From the NCBI GenBank assembly GCA_963770585.1, contig CAVYQH010000004.1:48453-112452 (forward strand): 64,000 bases of DNA, in the 5' to 3' direction. Positions 56,224-64,000 of the stretch are shown piece by piece (position 1 is the first letter of the stretch; every line of letters begins with the position of its first letter). Below the pieces are notes generated by a model. That model saw nothing but the letters and a program-made list of their open reading frames with translations. It was not told the origin of the DNA and did not search any database. A program made the position numbers and the translations under genes. Source of the stretch: an uncultured Pseudomonadota bacterium. GTDB lineage: Bacteria > Pseudomonadota > Gammaproteobacteria > Steroidobacterales > Woeseiaceae.

Positions 56224-56438
56224 AGTCATCCTGATTGTCCCGATCTAAGGTTACGCGCGAAACCTACATTTTCGGGCGCGGACGATTTTTTCGCCGGGCG
56301 GCGTAACTTTCTGATAAGCAAAAAGTTTCAATCGTAATATTGCGCTCTATTGGCGGCTGCGCTTGACCAGCCGCTATAGTGAGTTTTGGTAAACGCGGGA
56401 GTCGGCCCGCGATACCCGCCGCGGCGCCGGGCGCCGCA

Positions 56439-56462
56439 TTCGCGCGCATGGCGCGCTCCTAC
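56439..56462. repeat. degenerate REP-like unit upstream of gltB
   Basis: TTCGCGCGCATGGCGCGCTCCTAC. Confidence 0.55.
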
Positions 56463-56510
56463 GGACAACACACGATTCGGGGCACGTGCCTGACGTGCTT
56501 CAGGGGACGC

Positions 56511-62374
<5,864 letters not shown>

Positions 62375-62382
62375 GAATCAGG

Positions 62383-62473
62383 GTGGCTTTACCTTGATTC
62401 CCGATCGCGCCTGTGAGGCGCTCCAACAGTTGGAGCGCGCCATGCGCGCGACCGGGAATCAAGGTAAAGCCAC
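62383..62473. repeat. 91-nt composite palindrome: REP pair nested in a 21-bp inverted repeat (likely terminator of gltBD)
   Basis: GTGGCTTTACCTTGATTCCCG + [rev REP 62404-27] A [fwd REP 62429-52] + CGGGAATCAAGGTAAAGCCAC. Symmetric about 62428; begins 9 nt after the gltD stop. Confidence 0.85.
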
Positions 62474-62717
62474 GCTAATTGACTATGCTGGTGCCATGAA
62501 CAAAATACTTTCGTGCGCGTCGTCGAAAGCGGTTACGGAGGCAGCGACGACGACGTCATCACCCGGGCGCTGGATTCGACCGGCGGCTTTCATCTCGTGC
62601 TTGCAGCAGCCAAGGCCTGGCTGGAACACGGCGTCCCGCTGAATATCGTGCGCGATCACGCCCCGGGGAGCTGAATCAAGCCTGTCCGCTGCGTGCACGC
62701 AGAAACCAGAAAATAAA

Positions 62718-63377
62718 GTGAGGCTTGCAATGGATTTCGCGGTAATTGACGTCGACTTGGTGCTGAAAATGCTCCTGCTCCTGCTAATCGGCATGGGACC
62801 AAAGATTGCGCTGGTCCCGTTTCTCGAGAAGACCAAACATTTCGATCCTGAGACACAGAGGGCGATTGGCCGCGACATGGTCGTGATCGCTGTCGCGACG
62901 GCAATTGTTCTGTTCGCCACCGGCTGGCTGCTCATGCGGCTCCTTCATATCACCGGCGGCGCAGTCGCCGTCGGCGGTGCGATCATCCTCATGATCTTCG
63001 CTATCGGCATGGTTTCCGGACCGGTCAAGAACCCGGAGACGAACGAAAATGGTGTTGCGCAGGATCCGAGACATATTGCGGCATACCCGCTGGCAGTACC
63101 TTATCTCCTGAACCCGGTGGGTATTACGCTGCTTGTCATCGCATCCGCCGAAGTCGTTTCAGTCGCGAGCGCCGGTCTCGTCCTGGGACTCGTCCTCCTG
63201 GTTGGCGCATTCGACTACCTGATATTTGCCAACATCGACAAACTGTCGAAACGACTCAACCCGATCAGTGTCGTCATTTCTGAGGTCGTGTTCGGCGTTT
63301 TGTTGGCGGCAGTGGCGATTCAGCTGATGGTGTATGGACTGGAGATGCTCGGGATTGTTGACGCAGCGGGTCACTAG
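62718..63377 (+). CDS. MarC-family (UPF0056) integral membrane protein
   Basis: Six hydrophobic helices. LLLLLIGMGPKIALVPFLE.., AYPLAVPYLLNPVGIT are typical. ATG 62730 is an alternative start. Confidence 0.8.
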   Translation: MRLAMDFAVIDVDLVLKMLLLLLIGMGPKIALVPFLEKTKHFDPETQRAIGRDMVVIAVATAIVLFATGWLLMRLLHITGGAVAVGGAIILMIFAIGMVSGPVKNPETNENGVAQDPRHIAAYPLAVPYLLNPVGITLLVIASAEVVSVASAGLVLGLVLLVGAFDYLIFANIDKLSKRLNPISVVISEVVFGVLLAAVAIQLMVYGLEMLGIVDAAGH

Positions 63378-63401
63378 GGCAACAGCTCCGCGGTGTGTGC
63401 G

Positions 63402-64000
63402 GTGAGGACATGGCGCGGCGTTCCGTCAGTGCAACCCTTGTGTTCCGCAGGTCTGTTGGTGGGGACCGTGCTTGCCGTGTTTTCCGTTACGCCGAGCCTC
63501 CTGCCGCGCTCGGCAGTGATGCAAGGCGTGGTAACCGGTCTGTCGTTCAGCGTCGGCTATGCAATCGGTGCAATTGGCAACTCATGCTGGAACTACCTCG
63601 AGCTGCCCATGCCGGGGCCCCGGCATGCACGCATCGGCAGACTCGTTGCGGGTATTGTTTGCCTGATCGTCGGCATCGCCTTCCTCCGGCAAGCGTCGGA
63701 GTGGCAGAACTTCATCCGGATCCGCATGGACATGGAGCCGGTCGAAGGAACGCGGCCTTTTACCATCGGGCTGATTGCATTTCTCCTGTGCAGCATGCTG
63801 CTCGTCGCGGCAAGACTGTTTCGGCTAACTTGGGGAGTGATTGGAAGATCTTTGTCACGTTTCGTTCCCCGGCGCGTTTCATACGTCGTCGGCATCGTGA
63901 CGGCCACCGCGCTGTTCTGGACGCTGATCGACGGATTGCTCCTCCGCTACCTTGTTCACATCGCCGATGAGACGTTCCAACAGCTCGATGCACTTGTGGA
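63402..64000 (+). CDS. membrane protein, probable alpha/beta-hydrolase-family N-terminal domain (3' end outside window)
   Basis: Not in the ORF track because it has no stop inside the window. Frame 0 reads ..LLVGTVLAVFSVTPSLLPRSAVMQGVVTGLSFSVGYAIGAIG...RIGRLVAGIVCLIVGIAFL...FTIGLIAFLLCSMLLVAA.. open to the window end. GTG starts at 63393, 63402 and 63429. Confidence 0.6.
   Translation, partial: MRTWRGVPSVQPLCSAGLLVGTVLAVFSVTPSLLPRSAVMQGVVTGLSFSVGYAIGAIGNSCWNYLELPMPGPRHARIGRLVAGIVCLIVGIAFLRQASEWQNFIRIRMDMEPVEGTRPFTIGLIAFLLCSMLLVAARLFRLTWGVIGRSLSRFVPRRVSYVVGIVTATALFWTLIDGLLLRYLVHIADETFQQLDALV

Noticed and set aside
56360-56400. Possible sigma70 promoter (TTGACC ... TATAGT) upstream of gltB
   Set aside because: The hexamers are only 6 nt apart, so they cannot form a standard -35/-10 pair. 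No alternative pairing was convincing.
62513-62674. 53-aa GTG-initiated ORF (VRVVESGYGGSDDDVITRALDSTGGFHLVLAAAKAWLEHGVPLNIVRDHAPGS) between gltD and the MarC-family gene
   Set aside because: It looks protein-like, but it is short, has no RBS or family that I can recognise, and has no ATG. It may be a C-terminal relic of a lost gene. Evidence is insufficient for a feature call.

Overview
This is a chromosomal window from a high-GC Gram-negative, proteobacterium-like genome. 1-21.8 kb holds a compositionally mosaic surface-glycan locus. It contains four intact and one decayed glycosyltransferase, a PglC-type phosphoglycosyl transferase, a PglF/CapD-type dehydratase and a DegT/PglE-type aminotransferase. 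It also carries two ATP-grasp ligases, two sulfotransferases, two deacetylase-like paralogs, an OafA-type acyltransferase and a methyltransferase. 21.8-23.9 kb is a junction islet with mqsRA and parDE toxin-antitoxin pairs, an IS5-type transposase remnant and a block of REP-like repeats. 23.9-31.6 kb is a lasso-peptide biosynthetic cluster: ABC exporter, B2 protease, stand-alone PqqD/B1, Asn-synthetase-like cyclase, and a precursor with the canonical YxxPxLx3Gx5Tx leader. It is decorated with an HprK-like kinase, a nucleotidyltransferase and a methyltransferase that carries its own PqqD-like domain. This cluster is my top candidate for the interesting system. 31.7-64 kb holds a vanadium-haloperoxidase-like protein, a large delta-60/Calx-beta secreted protein, a TetR-controlled MFP-RND-OMF efflux operon, topoisomerase IB, a stress-type cluster (debranching-enzyme-like, GT4, TerB, DUF924, LEA_2), gltBD, a MarC-family protein and a partial membrane hydrolase. 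A 24-nt REP-like unit (GTTGGAGCGCGCCATGCGCGCGAC) litters intergenic DNA from 23.6 kb onward, and three very long hairpins sit at gene ends. Eight genes are broken by single-base frame switches that almost all go in the same direction (about 17-18 in the RND pump alone). That pattern looks more like insertion-type assembly error than natural decay. I saw no rRNA, tRNA or CRISPR array.
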